This document shows positions 40,401 through 52,525 of a DNA stretch of 64,000 nt, one piece after another. The DNA is taken from NCBI RefSeq assembly GCF_018977255.1, contig NW_024704743.1, positions 28,522,001 to 28,586,000 of the forward strand. Reading direction: 5' to 3'. A program made the translations under genes and the position numbers. Origin of the DNA: Callorhinchus milii (lineage: Eukaryota). Every line of letters starts with the position of its first letter. Position 1 is the stretch's first letter. The notes beneath the pieces are model-generated. The model was not told the DNA's origin, ran no database searches, and saw only the letters and a list, made by a program, of their open reading frames with translations.

Positions 40401-43400
40401 TACTATCCGGCAAGGTTTTGTCCGCTGTTTGTCCAGCTAGGACCACCCTATCCTTTAGGGCTTTGGATTGCAGGGTTAACAGAAGCTGAGTGGGATGATT
40501 CTCTGCCCCAGTGACAACTATGTGAGAATTGTTACATTTCTTATGAAATACAGAGAGAATCTAATTTGCAGTGTTCTAAACTGGATTTGTTGTGCAAATT
40601 TTTAATCCTGGTGTGCACAATTCACAGCAGCTAAATCCAAAAACATCACCCACATCTGCCCAGAGACTGGCTGATTTGCTCGGTATTCACAATGCACGTG
40701 GACAATTCACTGCTCCCTTTTCTCAGTGCCAAGCCTATACACCTGACTTACCCGATGAGTCACAAATCTTTTTAATAATGTTTGCACTTGAATCTGTTTA
40801 TTTACTTTTAAAACGTTTGGGCTGAGGCAACATCTATTGTGCTCTGCCGCAGTTTGTTCAACTCCTGATGTAAAGAATAATAAAAATAAAAAATATTATT
40901 GTACATAATAAATAATAATCCTTATATTTCATATAGTGCCTTTCACTTCAGGAGAATGTCTCAAAGTGCTTCACAGGATATACTACAAAGAGCAGTAAAT
41001 TGTGCATCAGTCCATTCTCTATCCTTTATATATACCGACGCTATATAAATGCAAATTGTTTTTTTACCTTGATGTGATAATCTGCATCCACCAAGATGTT
41101 TTCAGGTTTCAGATCTTTGTGCACAATTTGCTGTTCATTTAGATAAGCCATTCCTTCAATAATTTCCAAAGTTATCCTTCCTTTCACAGATAATGGCACA
41201 GACACCTAAAATTACAAACAATTAAATTGATTTAATTTCCAAATGGAAATATAGAAAACAAACATTTCCCTTTACAATTTGAAATATGTATGAAATTACA
41301 AGCAGTTCAACGCTCCGAGAGGCTATCCCGCTTGAAGGGCGTTTTTGTTGTATCGAATCAACATGTGCTCTACTTCTGTTAATTATTAAATCCGTAAGTT
41401 AACAGAGTTGATGTGCCTGTATAGAATAGCTATGGATGATTTCTTCTGCACACAAGTTACATTTTTTCAAGTCACAAGACTTGAGCATTTGCTGACGCAT
41501 GAATGACCCTTGCTCCGTTGAGACCAAGAAAAGGAGAGATAGCCCACATTAGGTCTCCAGGTAAATTGCCCCATTGGCACAGGTATTGAGTGAGAATGTT
41601 GTGAATGTCTCATCTACTCTCTGAGGTAATTGAACAAGGCTTTAGGAGAGCTCTCTGGGTGGAATTATTTCAAATAAAAGGAAGGAACTCTGTCTGGGGC
41701 TGGATCTGGGCATCTACTATATGTGCAAAGCAGCCCCAGGAAAGCTATGCACTTGCTCTTTGACATCTAGTACAAATGTTCTGCACCTCTGTGCTCTCAG
41801 CAACCGGACTCAGGGTCATAAGACATCTGTCCTTGCAACTCTTGCCTCATATTCGCCTTGTTACGGCACTTATTATATTGAAACGAAACATACAAACTCG
41901 TCTTGCAAAGTGCAGAAATTGAAAAACAACATGTGTAGCTCTTTGTAACACCAGAAAAGAATTCCAGCTGCACATCTTTACCCTTAATAATTTGTATGAT
42001 CCACATTACAGGTTATTTTATTGGTAGACTCCAGAGGTTACAAGAACTATTGGGGAGAAATTCCACTGAGACCTAGATTTATGTAGCATTATAGCAATTC
42101 AATAAATTGTTAAATTTAGGATTATCTTTAAAGTGTCAGCCTGGCTCGGTTGGTAGCACTCTCATTTCTGAAGATTGTGAGTTCAAGCTCCACATTGTCA
42201 CTTTGAATTCATGTGATCTGGGCTAACTAACACTCCAATGCAGTGCAGAAGGTATGCTGCATTGCTGGAGCTGGTACTACTCAAAAGAGAAGGGTATTTC
42301 TCCTGGTGTCCTGCTGATAATTCTCCAAATAAAATAAGTCATTGACTTCATGGATTTGGGACATTGCATCTACAAATTGGCTGAGTTGCCTACCAAATAC
42401 AAATGCTACACTTTGGAGTAAAGCCTGTGAGTCTCTTTGAGGTGAAAGGTATTGAAAGGTATATCAAATGCAAGGATTACTTTTGAAGTTAAAATAATTT
42501 ACAGAAACTGGCTTCAAAATTAAGGCTGCGTTTTAATAATTTGTCAATTTTTTAATGCCCTGAAGTGCTGCACAAATATAGTAAATATAGACCTAGGTGG
42601 AATTTCTCTCCATATATTTTCACATTGCAGTACTTGGGTGTGGCCCGCTCTCAGGCCCAGGGATACTTACACATTTTAAAAGCTGTAGCAAATTCCCATT
42701 TTCCATGAATTCCATGACAAGTGAGTAATTGCCTTCTTCCAAAATAACTCCGATCAGCTTTATAACCCGATCATGATTCAACCTGTGCATCATTTTTCCT
42801 TCCTCCAGGAGGGAAGAATTGAATCTGCAAAATGAAAGAAGAAATAAATACGAACTCCCAAGCAGTTAACATTATACAACCATTAAACTATCTGCTCATC
42901 TGCTCAGAGAGGCTGAAGGCCTGACCGCCGATGGTTGGGCGGGTCGAGCGAGGGACATTACAGGCTCTGTTATTGGTAGACGCCAAAGGTTACAAGAACT
43001 ATTGGGGAGAAATTCCACTGAGGCCTAGATTTATGTAGCATTTTGTAGCATCCAGTATTCAATAAATTGTTAAATTTAGGATTATCTTTAAAGTGTCAGC
43101 CTGGCTCAGTTGGTAGCACTCTCACTTCTGAAGATTGTGAGTTCAAGCTCCACATTGGCACTTTGAAATCATGTTGTCTGGGCTAACTTACACTCCAATG
43201 CAGTGCAGAGGGTATGCTGCATTGCTGGAGGCAGTACTGCTCAAAAGAGAAGGGAATTTCTCCTGGTTTCCTTCTGATAATTCTCCAAATAGAAAAAGTC
43301 ATTGACTTTGTGGCTGTGGGACATTGCATCTACAAATTGGCTGAGTTGGCCTACAAAAGACAATTGCTACACTGTGGAGTAAAGCCTGTGAGTCTCTTTG

Positions 43401-44976
43401 AGGTGAAAGGTATTGAAAGGTATATCAAATGCAGGGATTATTTTTTAAATTAAAAGAATTTACAGAAACTGGCTTGAAAATTCAGGCTGGAAAGTGGATT
43501 GACTGTATATTTTTTCGTAGGTGAAATGTGGCAGCCAGTTTGTGCACAGCAATATCCCACAAACAGCCATGCAGTGAGTGACCAATTTTATTTGGGGGAT
43601 TTGTTGGCCAGGACTTTGGGAGAAATAACCTTCTCTTTTTGAATAGTGCCATGGAATCTTCAACAGGACCTCGGTTTAACATCTCATCCAAAGGATGGCA
43701 CCTCCGACAAGCAACACCCCCCTAGAAATGCACTGGTGTGTCAGCTTAAGACAATGTGATTCTAAGTCCCGACATGGGGCTTGGACCTTCTGACAATCTT
43801 CTGACTCAGAGACAAGAGTGCTATCACTGAACCAGGCTGGCACACAAATAGCAATCTTTTGTTACGTCAACAGTGCAATAAAAAGATCGCTTCTTGTAGC
43901 TACCTAATGACGTAAGATCATTAACCACTAATAATCATTCACCTGCACAAATCAATCAGGTTCCAGGAGGCACCATAAGGGATGGCTAGTCACAATGTTT
44001 CTTCCTCCTCCTCCTCCTGTCAAACCCTTTACATGAAATGAAATTGTCTCATTTCCATATAGCATTTCATCTGATCATAAATGGCAATGTTCTCTCAACT
44101 AAGTTCACAGCCAGCCTGTGACTCAAGCTCATTGGTGTTGAAACTCTTATGCTTTACAGCATCTTTTTAAATTGGGCTGAGACACCTTGTTGCAGACAGG
44201 GTCATCTCCAACTGGGAGCTGTCAGCAGTGCAGAGATCGCTTTATGTAAAGAGGAACCTTGTGCTCTTGAACAGGAAGGAGATACGGCGGGCAGACAATT
44301 AATGGACTCCATTGACATGCATGTCAGCCCTTTGAGGATTCCTGGACAAAATATTGTTTAGAATCATAGAGCATAAAAGAAGATTTATATCAGGTCATGT
44401 GGCTATGCAACGGTGACACTGCTGAAGCACGTTGTAAAGTATCACAGTATACTTTGTGAAAACATTACACAATAAAAGAGATGAGGTTTCAGCCCCGCAC
44501 GGTCGGTAGCACTCTCGTCTCTGAGTCAGAAGGGTTTGGGTTTGTGTCCCATGATGGGACTTTGAACTCATTGTCCAGCAGTTTTGCAATGGGCATTTTC
44601 TTCAATGCCTTTGCACATGTGGTGCATCAAAGAAGTATAATCCTCGCATTGACACAACAGGCTCTTTCTATCCCAATATCTTTCCTGACCCACTCCTCAA
44701 TTTTTATCACATCAAGCAGAATAAATTCTTCAGCATTTGCAGACATTTTGCTATCCTGCTGATTGAAAACAAATTGCAATGAATTTAAAGTCACGGCAGC
44801 AGGTCCTCCTCACATTACACTTACTCTGTTCGCTGTGGTCCTGTGTACACGGTTTTGAGAACAACAAGTCCATGATTCTTGCTGAAACACAGCGAGACCA
44901 TTCCAAAGCCTCCAGCGTCTAGGGGCTTCTTCTCAATCAGCTCAGTGGAGTCAATGCGGATTTTATCTAAAGACAT
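28198..44976 (-). CDS. RIPK1: Receptor-interacting serine/threonine kinase 1, 11 coding exons, 695 aa
   Basis: Exons (-): 44976-44825, 42824-42671, 41205-41068, 40031-39806, 36617-36468, 33529-33453, 32785-32683, 32112-31528, 29944-29879, 28723-28568, 28478-28198 (2088 nt, GT-AG, frame continuous). Motifs: [27 protein letters not shown] caspase site, [18 protein letters not shown]-terminal death domain ([18 protein letters not shown]). Confidence 0.95.
28568..28723 (-). CDS. RIPK1: RIPK1 RHIM exon ([19 protein letters not shown])
   Basis: RHIM core VQIG, canonical splice sites. Confidence 0.92.
29007..29384 (+). mobile_element. tRNA-Ala SINE, longer subfamily
   Basis: Family similarity with an extra internal segment. 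Confidence 0.85.
29879..29944 (-). CDS. RIPK1: RIPK1 putative 66-nt symmetric exon ([21 protein letters not shown])
   Basis: Acceptor ctattttggtttttag, donor CAG|gtaaga, phase 1-1, no stop codon. Confidence 0.7.
30455..30790 (-). mobile_element. tRNA-Ala SINE
   Basis: Family similarity. Confidence 0.8.
31528..32112 (-). CDS. RIPK1: RIPK1 coding exon 8 (intermediate domain)
   Basis: Open 585 nt; [19 protein letters not shown] resembles the human K377/Y384 region. Confidence 0.9.
32683..32785 (-). CDS. RIPK1: RIPK1 coding exon 7 ([11 protein letters not shown]; caspase-8 cleavage region)
   Basis: Matches human KRMQSLQLD. Confidence 0.9.
33453..33529 (-). CDS. RIPK1: RIPK1 coding exon 6 ([13 protein letters not shown]...)
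   Basis: 77 nt, phase-compatible, RPFY motif. Confidence 0.88.
35147..35573. mobile_element. hAT/Charlie-like MITE with nested SINE tail
   Basis: TIRs CAAGGGTTCCCAAACT / AGTTTGGGAACCAATG; left flank TTCTAGAC. Confidence 0.65.
36468..36617 (-). CDS. RIPK1: RIPK1 coding exon 5 (GDRPD...[16 protein letters not shown])
   Basis: Kinase subdomains X-XI. Confidence 0.92.
37030..37290 (-). mobile_element. L2 3' end inserted in a CA-rich low-complexity tract
   Basis: Matches the L2 3' UTR and tail. Confidence 0.85.
37815..38168 (-). mobile_element. tRNA-Ala SINE, longer subfamily
   Basis: Family similarity. Confidence 0.85.
38231..38475. mobile_element. MITE, PIF/Harbinger-like
   Basis: TIRs GGCTATAAGAAAATCAC / GCGATTTTCTTACAGCC flanked by TAA and TTA; internal palindrome. 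Confidence 0.7.
39806..40031 (-). CDS. RIPK1: RIPK1 coding exon 4 ([13 protein letters not shown]...APEHL...KSDVYSF)
   Basis: DLG motif characteristic of RIPK1, activation loop. Confidence 0.93.
41068..41205 (-). CDS. RIPK1: RIPK1 coding exon 3 (PLSVKGRI...[12 protein letters not shown])
   Basis: Catalytic loop, canonical splice sites. Confidence 0.93.
42019..43489 (+). repeat. ~510-bp direct duplication (42019-42528 / 42971-43489) flanking RIPK1 coding exon 2
   Basis: Shared unique flank plus SINE, offset ~952 bp. Confidence 0.9.
42671..42824 (-). CDS. RIPK1: RIPK1 coding exon 2 (LLEEGKMM...[12 protein letters not shown])
   Basis: Kinase subdomains III-V, canonical splice sites. Confidence 0.92.
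44825..44976 (-). CDS. RIPK1: RIPK1 coding exon 1 ([10 protein letters not shown]...LDAGGFG...[10 protein letters not shown])
   Basis: gccATG start; exon begins at acceptor 45030; gtaag donor. Confidence 0.92.
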
Positions 44977-45099
44977 GGCTGTTCTTACTGGGCTTTCAGA
45001 CTTTGATCATAACTGGTTAGCGTCTTTTGCCTGTTGTTTAAAAAAAGAACAGTAAGTAAATGCCAGAACAGTGGATACTACTTGAAGAAGCAATAAAAT

Positions 45100-45438
45100 T
45101 ATAATCCATAAAATTTATATTACGTCGTCAAGACGTCTCAAAGCACTTCACAAAATATACTGTAAAGTGAATTGCCTGTATATTTTGTGGGTGAAAAGTG
45201 GCAGCTAAACGCACACAGCAGTCTCCCACAAGCAGTCGTGGATTGACTGACCAAATTTTTGGGGATTATTCCCCCAAAATTAATTAAGAAAGCAATCTGC
45301 CAATCGAATAACAACTGGGTTCCTACTTACTGTTGGGTAAACAGAGGTATGTGCAGCAAGGAAACTTACCTACGGTTTCGCCCTGCCCGGCAGGTTAGAG
45401 TGCCCGGCAAGTGCTCTAACCAATACACTACAGGACTG
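45100..45438 (-). mobile_element. tRNA-Ala SINE
   Basis: Family similarity. Confidence 0.8.
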
Positions 45439-47411
45439 CTAATAATCAAATATCCTTTTAAACAGCTCCTTTAAAACCATCAAAAACATCTACATAACCA
45501 ATATTGTGTAATATGGTCATCTCACTGAAGCTTTTATTTTTCTATAAGTAAAATTTATTTTTCACAATATCTTTCTATTACTTTCATTTCCTCTTTTTTT
45601 AATGGAGTCTCATTTCTCCTGATTAGACTCCTAGCTCATCCCGTAATCAGACATTCTCATCCCCTTTACTCTCCAGGTCACTGTAATGTGCAAGCGCTTT
45701 CATTTCCGACAGATTGTGAAACAGACAAAGAATAGACCTTTGTGTTACTCGATATGCAAGGCCTCTCTATACAGGAAACACAGGAAAATAAGAACAAGGT
45801 GAAGAAGCAATTCTGCTCATCAAGCCTGCACCACCAGTTTATTAGATCTTGACGGATCCTTTCATCTGAATCCTACCCTACCAAATCCCCAGGTAGGCAC
45901 ACATTAGGAGCAGTTAATAACACAGTTCATCAGATTCTGTGTTAAAATGTTAGTTTTATTCACAATCAATCTTGTCATGTCAGACAGAGCTGCTGAAAGA
46001 CAATCATTTATAGAACGGATTATCGGGGGTAAATTACCTTTCAGGGGCCAAAAATTCCCCTGGTTCTTTTTTTTAACATTTCAGAGCATGCAAATTTGGG
46101 CAAATTCTTAATTAATTTGGGAATCCAATTTTCTGTCATCGTAAAAGAATCTGTGGAAAAGCACATCAAATGGCTTCTCATATGCATCCAATTTAGGCAC
46201 GTGTACGCACACAGTTAAGAAAACTGTTAGGCAGATTTTATCTTAAAATAATTGTTAGTTTTATTCATAGTCAATCTTGTCACATGACAGACAGAACTGC
46301 TGAAACAGAATTATTCCGGAACAGGACGATAGTGTGCAAGTCACGTTCAAGTTTAGGACTGAATTTAAGTATCTGTCAAAACCTGCATGTTTTTAAGTAT
46401 TAAGGGAATAGTCTAAATGTGAAATTAGTGGAATTGCTGGCTGCTGAACAACTTCTTAACTCCCTCTCTTCCTACTAGAGAACAATTAGATTCCAAGGCT
46501 GAGATAGCAATGTGGAAGCTTAATCCAGGAGTGCTCTTGGTGTTTACCAGATCTGCTAAATCTGGACTCAACTCTAGTTTACAAGCCTCCAAAAACAGCT
46601 GATTGGCATATTATTACTAGATCATTACTTTGAACATCAAACTAACCCTCAACATCCACTGTAATGTCACACCACACAGGAGAGGCGCAAACATTAAACC
46701 ACATGACATTTCCTCTGCCTCAAGAAGAAATTGCTACTTTTTAAAAAGATGCATTCTAAATAAAAGTTCACACAACCTTTCATATAGGAGAACGCCTTGA
46801 AGCGCCTGACAGGGACAGTGTGAAAAGCTGAGAAAAGTGGGAAATAAGGACGATAGATACGAGGGAGGTGACTGAAGGAAAAATGTTGGGTTGAGTTTTA
46901 GACAAGCAGAGAGATGAGCCAATTTGGGTAACGCTTTATAATAACAAGAAATATATAAGACTTAGAAAACATAGAAATTGCTATGAAAGTATTCAATAAA
47001 AAAATGCAAGGTTCTGGTGCTAGAGAAGCTACTAATTTTGTGCAATTAGAATGAGACCATGGATCTTTCAAAGCAGATTTGAATTAATTGAGTTAGTAGA
47101 GATTGTTTCTTGATTTACTGGATTAAAGGTGTATCAGAGAAGAGGAAGTACTTGATCGAGTTGGTTTCCTAATTGCTGCTGCAGTACCCTGTCATATAGC
47201 AATGGGTGAAGTTTGTTGTGGGTTACATTTCAAATTTCCTGGTTTATATTTCTGAATTAGCAAACTCATATCTCTACTGAAAATGAGGAACTATGGTCCA
47301 GTGAAACTCAGTGCAAACTAGGAAGATGCAGCTGGGATGTGCAACTTCTCTGAGCTCCTTATCGTATGTGAAGGGTATGATAAATATAGCAAGCTGCTGT
47401 TATTCAATAAG

Positions 47412-47737
47412 TGGAGTCTTGTAGCTCAGTGGTTAGAGCACGCGCCTTGCAAGCGAGACACCTGGGTTCAATTCCAGGCAGGTCAGGGCGAAACCTTGGG
47501 CAAGTTTCCTTACTCCACACACCTAATAATAATCCCTCCAAAAACAAAACAATAATAAATTGGTCATTTTCAATCCACAACTGTTTGTGAGACACTGCTG
47601 TGTGCAACTGGCTTCCGCGTTTCGCCCACAATTATACAGTCAATTAACTTTACAGCATATTCTGTGAAGCACTTTGAGATGTCTAGAAGACGTGAAAAGC
47701 GCTATATCAAAAGCAGGGATTATTATTATTATTATTA
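47412..47737 (+). mobile_element. tRNA-Ala SINE
   Basis: Family similarity. Confidence 0.88.
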
Positions 47738-47879
47738 GACTGTCACCATGAGTAGTCCTATAGTTTATAACTACAGATCAACAAAGCAGCAGTCATCAAG
47801 CACTACATCCTGAGCTTTTATCTCCACAAACAGTATATCCTTCCTCCCCTGTCCATTCACCTGTGTTGTACCTGAAGGC

Positions 47880-49175
47880 TCCATCAATGGACCCCCTCTT
47901 TTTCTTATTTACATGTTCCTGAGATATCATTCCAGACACAGGATAAACTTCCACATATATGTGGATGACCTGTAGCTCAGTGGTTAGAGCACTCGCTTTG
48001 CAAGCGAGAGACCTGAGTTCAATTCCAGGCAGAGGGCGAAACCTTGGGCAAGTTTCCTTACTCCACACAGAGCCTAATAATAATCCCTCCAAAAAACAAA
48101 AACAATAATAAATTGGTCATTTTCAATCTATGACTGTTTGTGGGACATTGCTGTGCGCAATTGGCTGCCGCGTTCGCCCACAAATATACAGTCAACTCAC
48201 TTTACAGCATATTCTGTGAAGCGCTTTGGGACGTCCTCCCGACGTGAAAAGCGCTATATCAAATGCAAGGATTATTATTATTATTATTATGACACCCAAA
48301 ACTACTTCTCCTCCTCCAGCTACAACTCCAGGTCGCTGATATTCTGACAGCTTGTTTGTCAGACGTAGATGAGCCCAAATTTCCTGCATCTGAATGTTAA
48401 TAAGAGGAAAGCCTGAGCTCCTTGGCTCTTGTCAAGCTATTCTCGCCTGCTTCTCCAACCTCCTCAACCGGCCTATCGCTAAAATTTTTCGAACCTGTGC
48501 ATAACCTGGGTGCCAGATTCAATCCTCAGGTGGTCTTTCTACCCCACATCTGGTCCCTGACCAGGACCGCTTTTCTCCACCACCAGGACATTGCCTTCTC
48601 CGACCGTACCTCACACCCAACGCAGTGGATTCCCTCATCCGTGCTTTCATTACCTCCCGTCCCGATTATTCCAATGCCCTCTTCGCCTATCTCCCCAGCT
48701 CCACAATCCACAAAATCCAACTAATTCAAAACTCCAACTCCTGTATACTTACCTGTTCTGATAAACTCTGTACTCTCATCACACCAGTCCTCGCCAAGCT
48801 CCATTGGCTCCCTATTACAAAATGGATCGATGTCAAGATCCAGATCCTCACACTCATCTACAAATCCCTTCATGCCCTGGCACCTCCCTACCACTCCAGC
48901 CTGCTTGTACCCCACTTGGGTTCTCCACCACCCACCATTTCTGCCTAGCTGACTCCGGCCTCCTACTTGTCCCTCATTTCCTCTGATCCATCATCGGCAG
49001 CCGTGCTTGCAGGCACTACACCTTGAAACTTTGAAACTCTCTCCCTCAATCCCTCCACCTTGCCTCCTCCTTCCCCATTGTCAGATCATGCCTGAAGAAC
49101 TTCCTCTTCATCTGTGCTTACAGTCACCTCCCAGACCCCATGTGAATGCCGCTATATTAATGTGAGAGGTTGTTG
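47880..49175 (+). mobile_element. Old L2 fragment interrupted by a SINE
   Basis: AFITSRPDYSNA and LHWLP motifs; SINE at 47969-48290. Confidence 0.8.
47969..48290 (+). mobile_element. tRNA-Ala SINE nested in L2
   Basis: Family similarity; ATGAC on both sides. Confidence 0.88.
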
Positions 49176-49545
49176 AATGGCCCAGTTATAACATGCTCCT
49201 TTATAACAAATTTGGTTGTAGTTGCAAATGAGGACCCCATTCACTGCATATGAGCACAGCTGGTCCACGCGTTTCCTGTATGCCAGCCTGTATTCACTCT
49301 AAAATAGCTAACTTGCGACTAAATAGGTTGTCACTGACATCACTTGCTGCTTTGCACAACAAACAGGAAATGACAATTATGTCAACCTGATAACCTGGAA
49401 CTTGGCAGACGCACAGAGAGCTCGCTAGCTAGAAGGAAATTCAAAATGTACATTTTATAGCCCTTTTCTTTATAAAAAAATTTTTCAAAATTCCTGCGGC
49501 CCAAAGCAGTCTGACAGTTGATACAGAGAGGGTTTCATGGTAGTT

Positions 49546-49871
49546 GGGAGTCCTGTAGCTCAGTGGTTAGAGCACTCGCTTTGCAAGCGAGAGACCTGAG
49601 TTCAATTCCAGGCAGAGGGCGAAACCTTGGGCAAGTTTCCTTACTCCACACACCTAATAATAATCCCTCCAAAACAAAAAACAATAATAAATTGGTCATT
49701 TTCAATCTACGACTGTTTGTGGGACATTGCTGTGCGCAATTGGCTGCCGCGTTCACCCACAAATATACAGTCAATTCACTTTGCAGTGTGTTCTGTGAAG
49801 CACTTTGGGACGTCCTCCCGACGTGAAAAGCGCTATATCAAATGCAAGAATTATTATTATTATTATTATTA
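49546..49871 (+). mobile_element. tRNA-Ala SINE
   Basis: Family similarity. Confidence 0.9.
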
Positions 49872-51229
49872 GTGAAGTATTCGCAGTAAAAAACATGGAA
49901 TTGGAAAGAACTAGGGCCATATTAGAGGACAACAGGTAGGGAGCTCAGGTAGAGGCAGCTGAGACTGTCATATGAAGATCAACTCAATTCTGATAGTTTA
50001 TTGCCAGACACATTTCCTTGGAGTAAACTCTGCCCTAAAGAGGCTCAGCTCACCAACTGGCAACCTGGATTAGTTGATACTCTTATCTCTGTCAAAGGAT
50101 ACTCTGAGCTCATGGTCTAGGCTGACACTTCAGTGTCCTTTAGATGAGACATTACATTTAGATCCCATCCATCTATTCTGACTGTCGTTAGTGATTCCAT
50201 GGCAATATTTGAAAAGAGAAGAGTTTCATCTGGCCAACAGTCCTCCAGTGAAATTTGTAATTGATCTTATGATAATGCATGAAACCCACATTGGTGAGTT
50301 TCCCCTAAATCTTATGGCATTCTGACTTCATTTTTTTCTCCAAGCATCCTGCCTAACAATTTCCCCTAAATATAACTAACTGGCCATTCACTTCATGGCT
50401 GTTAGTCAAGACTCTGTTAAGTGCAAATTGCAGTGTTCACCTACAAATACAGTCACAACTCTTCACAGTAAAATCCCATGAAGGGCTTTGAAATATCTTG
50501 ATGACCAGATAAAGTGAAATATTAAATACAAGGATTACTATTATTAATATATACTTTAAAATTCATTTAATAGCTGTTTGTAGGAACTTGTTGTTTCTAC
50601 AAACAGCTGTGAAATTAATTTTAAAATTTATAATAATGATGTGTATGAATTGGCTGCTGCTTTTGTCCACAAATATACCATCATTATTCAAATATATTCA
50701 ACACTTTAAAATCCTGTGAAGTGATTTGTGCCATTTTAACTTTGTGATAACATCTAATACAACAATTATTATAATTATAATCCACAGGTGGATTGACATT
50801 AGTTGGTTATTAGACATCTGGCAAACTGGATTTTATTCAGGGTGTGCATTCCAGTTTATGAGGCCTTGTCCATAAGATCTTGTCCAAAGTCATAATTGAC
50901 AAACATCACATTAGTGGGTTTCCTGTGAACCTTATGACATTCTGACTTCATACAGTAGAACCCTGTTATAAGGCAAAGCCTATTATAATAGGATTCAGAT
51001 GTATAAAGCCACAACCTGCTCCTCACACAACTGCAAGAACAGAACCCAGATTATTCCTTCCTGTTTGCTCTGTGAACTTCTAATGCATCCCATTTACATG
51101 CGGTAGCAACCCAAAGCACCACCATGAGACTGAAATTAGTGAGGTTTCTCAGTAGATCTCAGTCTCATTAGAATCACTTTCTTATTGATAAATACCACAA
51201 TTGCACTATGAAACACTGATAACATAACA

Positions 51230-52110
51230 TGTAGGAGCAGGAGTAGGCCATTTGGCCCTTCGAGCCTGCCCCACCGTTCAATCATGGCTGATCTTCTAAT
51301 CTAACTCCAGCTAATAACCTGACCCTGCCTTATCCCCATATCCCTTAATCCCTTTTGCAATAAGAAATCTATCTATCTCAGTCTTGAGATAGAATATAGA
51401 ATAGAATATGTTCAAGGACTAAGCGTCAACAGCCCTTTGGGGTAGTGAGTTCCATACATTCACGACCCTTTGAGTGAAGAAGTTCTTCCTCAACTCAGTG
51501 TGAAAGGGTTGGCCTCTGATTTTAAGGTTGTAACCCCTGGTTTTAGTTTCTCCAACCAGGGAAAACAATCTCCCACTATCTACTCTATCATACCCTTTGA
51601 TGATCTTATAGGTTTCTATAAGATCTCCTCTAATTCTTCTATATTCTAGAGAATATAGGCCCAAATTGGTCAGCCTATCCTCGTAACTCATCCCCTTCAT
51701 CCCTGGTACTAACCTAATAAATCTACGCTGCACCCCCTCCAAGGCAAGTACATGCTTCCTTTAATAAGGAGCCCAAAACTGCACACAGTATTCCAGGTGT
51801 GGTCTCACCAGGGCCGTATACAGTTGCAGCAAGACTTCCCTATTCTTATACTCTAATCCTTTCATAATGAATGCTAACATACCGTTCGCCTTCCTAATTG
51901 TTTGCTGCACCTACAGACTAACTTTCTGTGATTGGTGTACAAGGACACCCAAGTCCCTCTGGACGCTAACACATTCTAATCTCTCCCCTTCTAAAAAATA
52001 ACCCGCTCTACTGTTTTTGCTACCCAGGTGGATGACTTCGCACTTCCCTACATTATACTTCATCTGCCACCTACCTGCCCAATCACCTAACCTATCTATG
52101 TCTCGCTATG
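51230..52110 (-). mobile_element. CR1-clade LINE 3' portion
   Basis: EGVQRRFIRLVPGMKGMSYEDRL..LGLYSLE.RR.RGDLIE, FFTQRVVNVWNSLP. Confidence 0.92.
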
Positions 52111-52525
52111 GTATGTGCACCTCAATGGGATCTTTAGCAGACAGCAGACAAGACCTCAGTTTCATGTCTCTTGAGAAGGTCTGAATGAGAACTACATGAA
52201 ACTAGGTATGCATTTTTTAACCAGTTCTTAAAATTTCACTCAGCCTCCACGAGGAATGACAACATGGAAAGCCTTTACCAAGCCACAATTATTGTCACTA
52301 ACAGTTTCATTGCAGAATTACAACTGTCGCTTATTGAAGTGACCTGACGTACAATATGTTGACTATACAGCCAATATGATCTGTTCCATGATTATATTTC
52401 ACAAGGATGATAAAATACAACTTTAAAAAGTGGTGAAAAGCAATGTTTTTTACTTAACTGTGACCAGGCCTGAAGAGGATCTCCAGGCTGCCTTGTACTG
52501 CCCTGGATCAGTCCATAAGGTGCAG

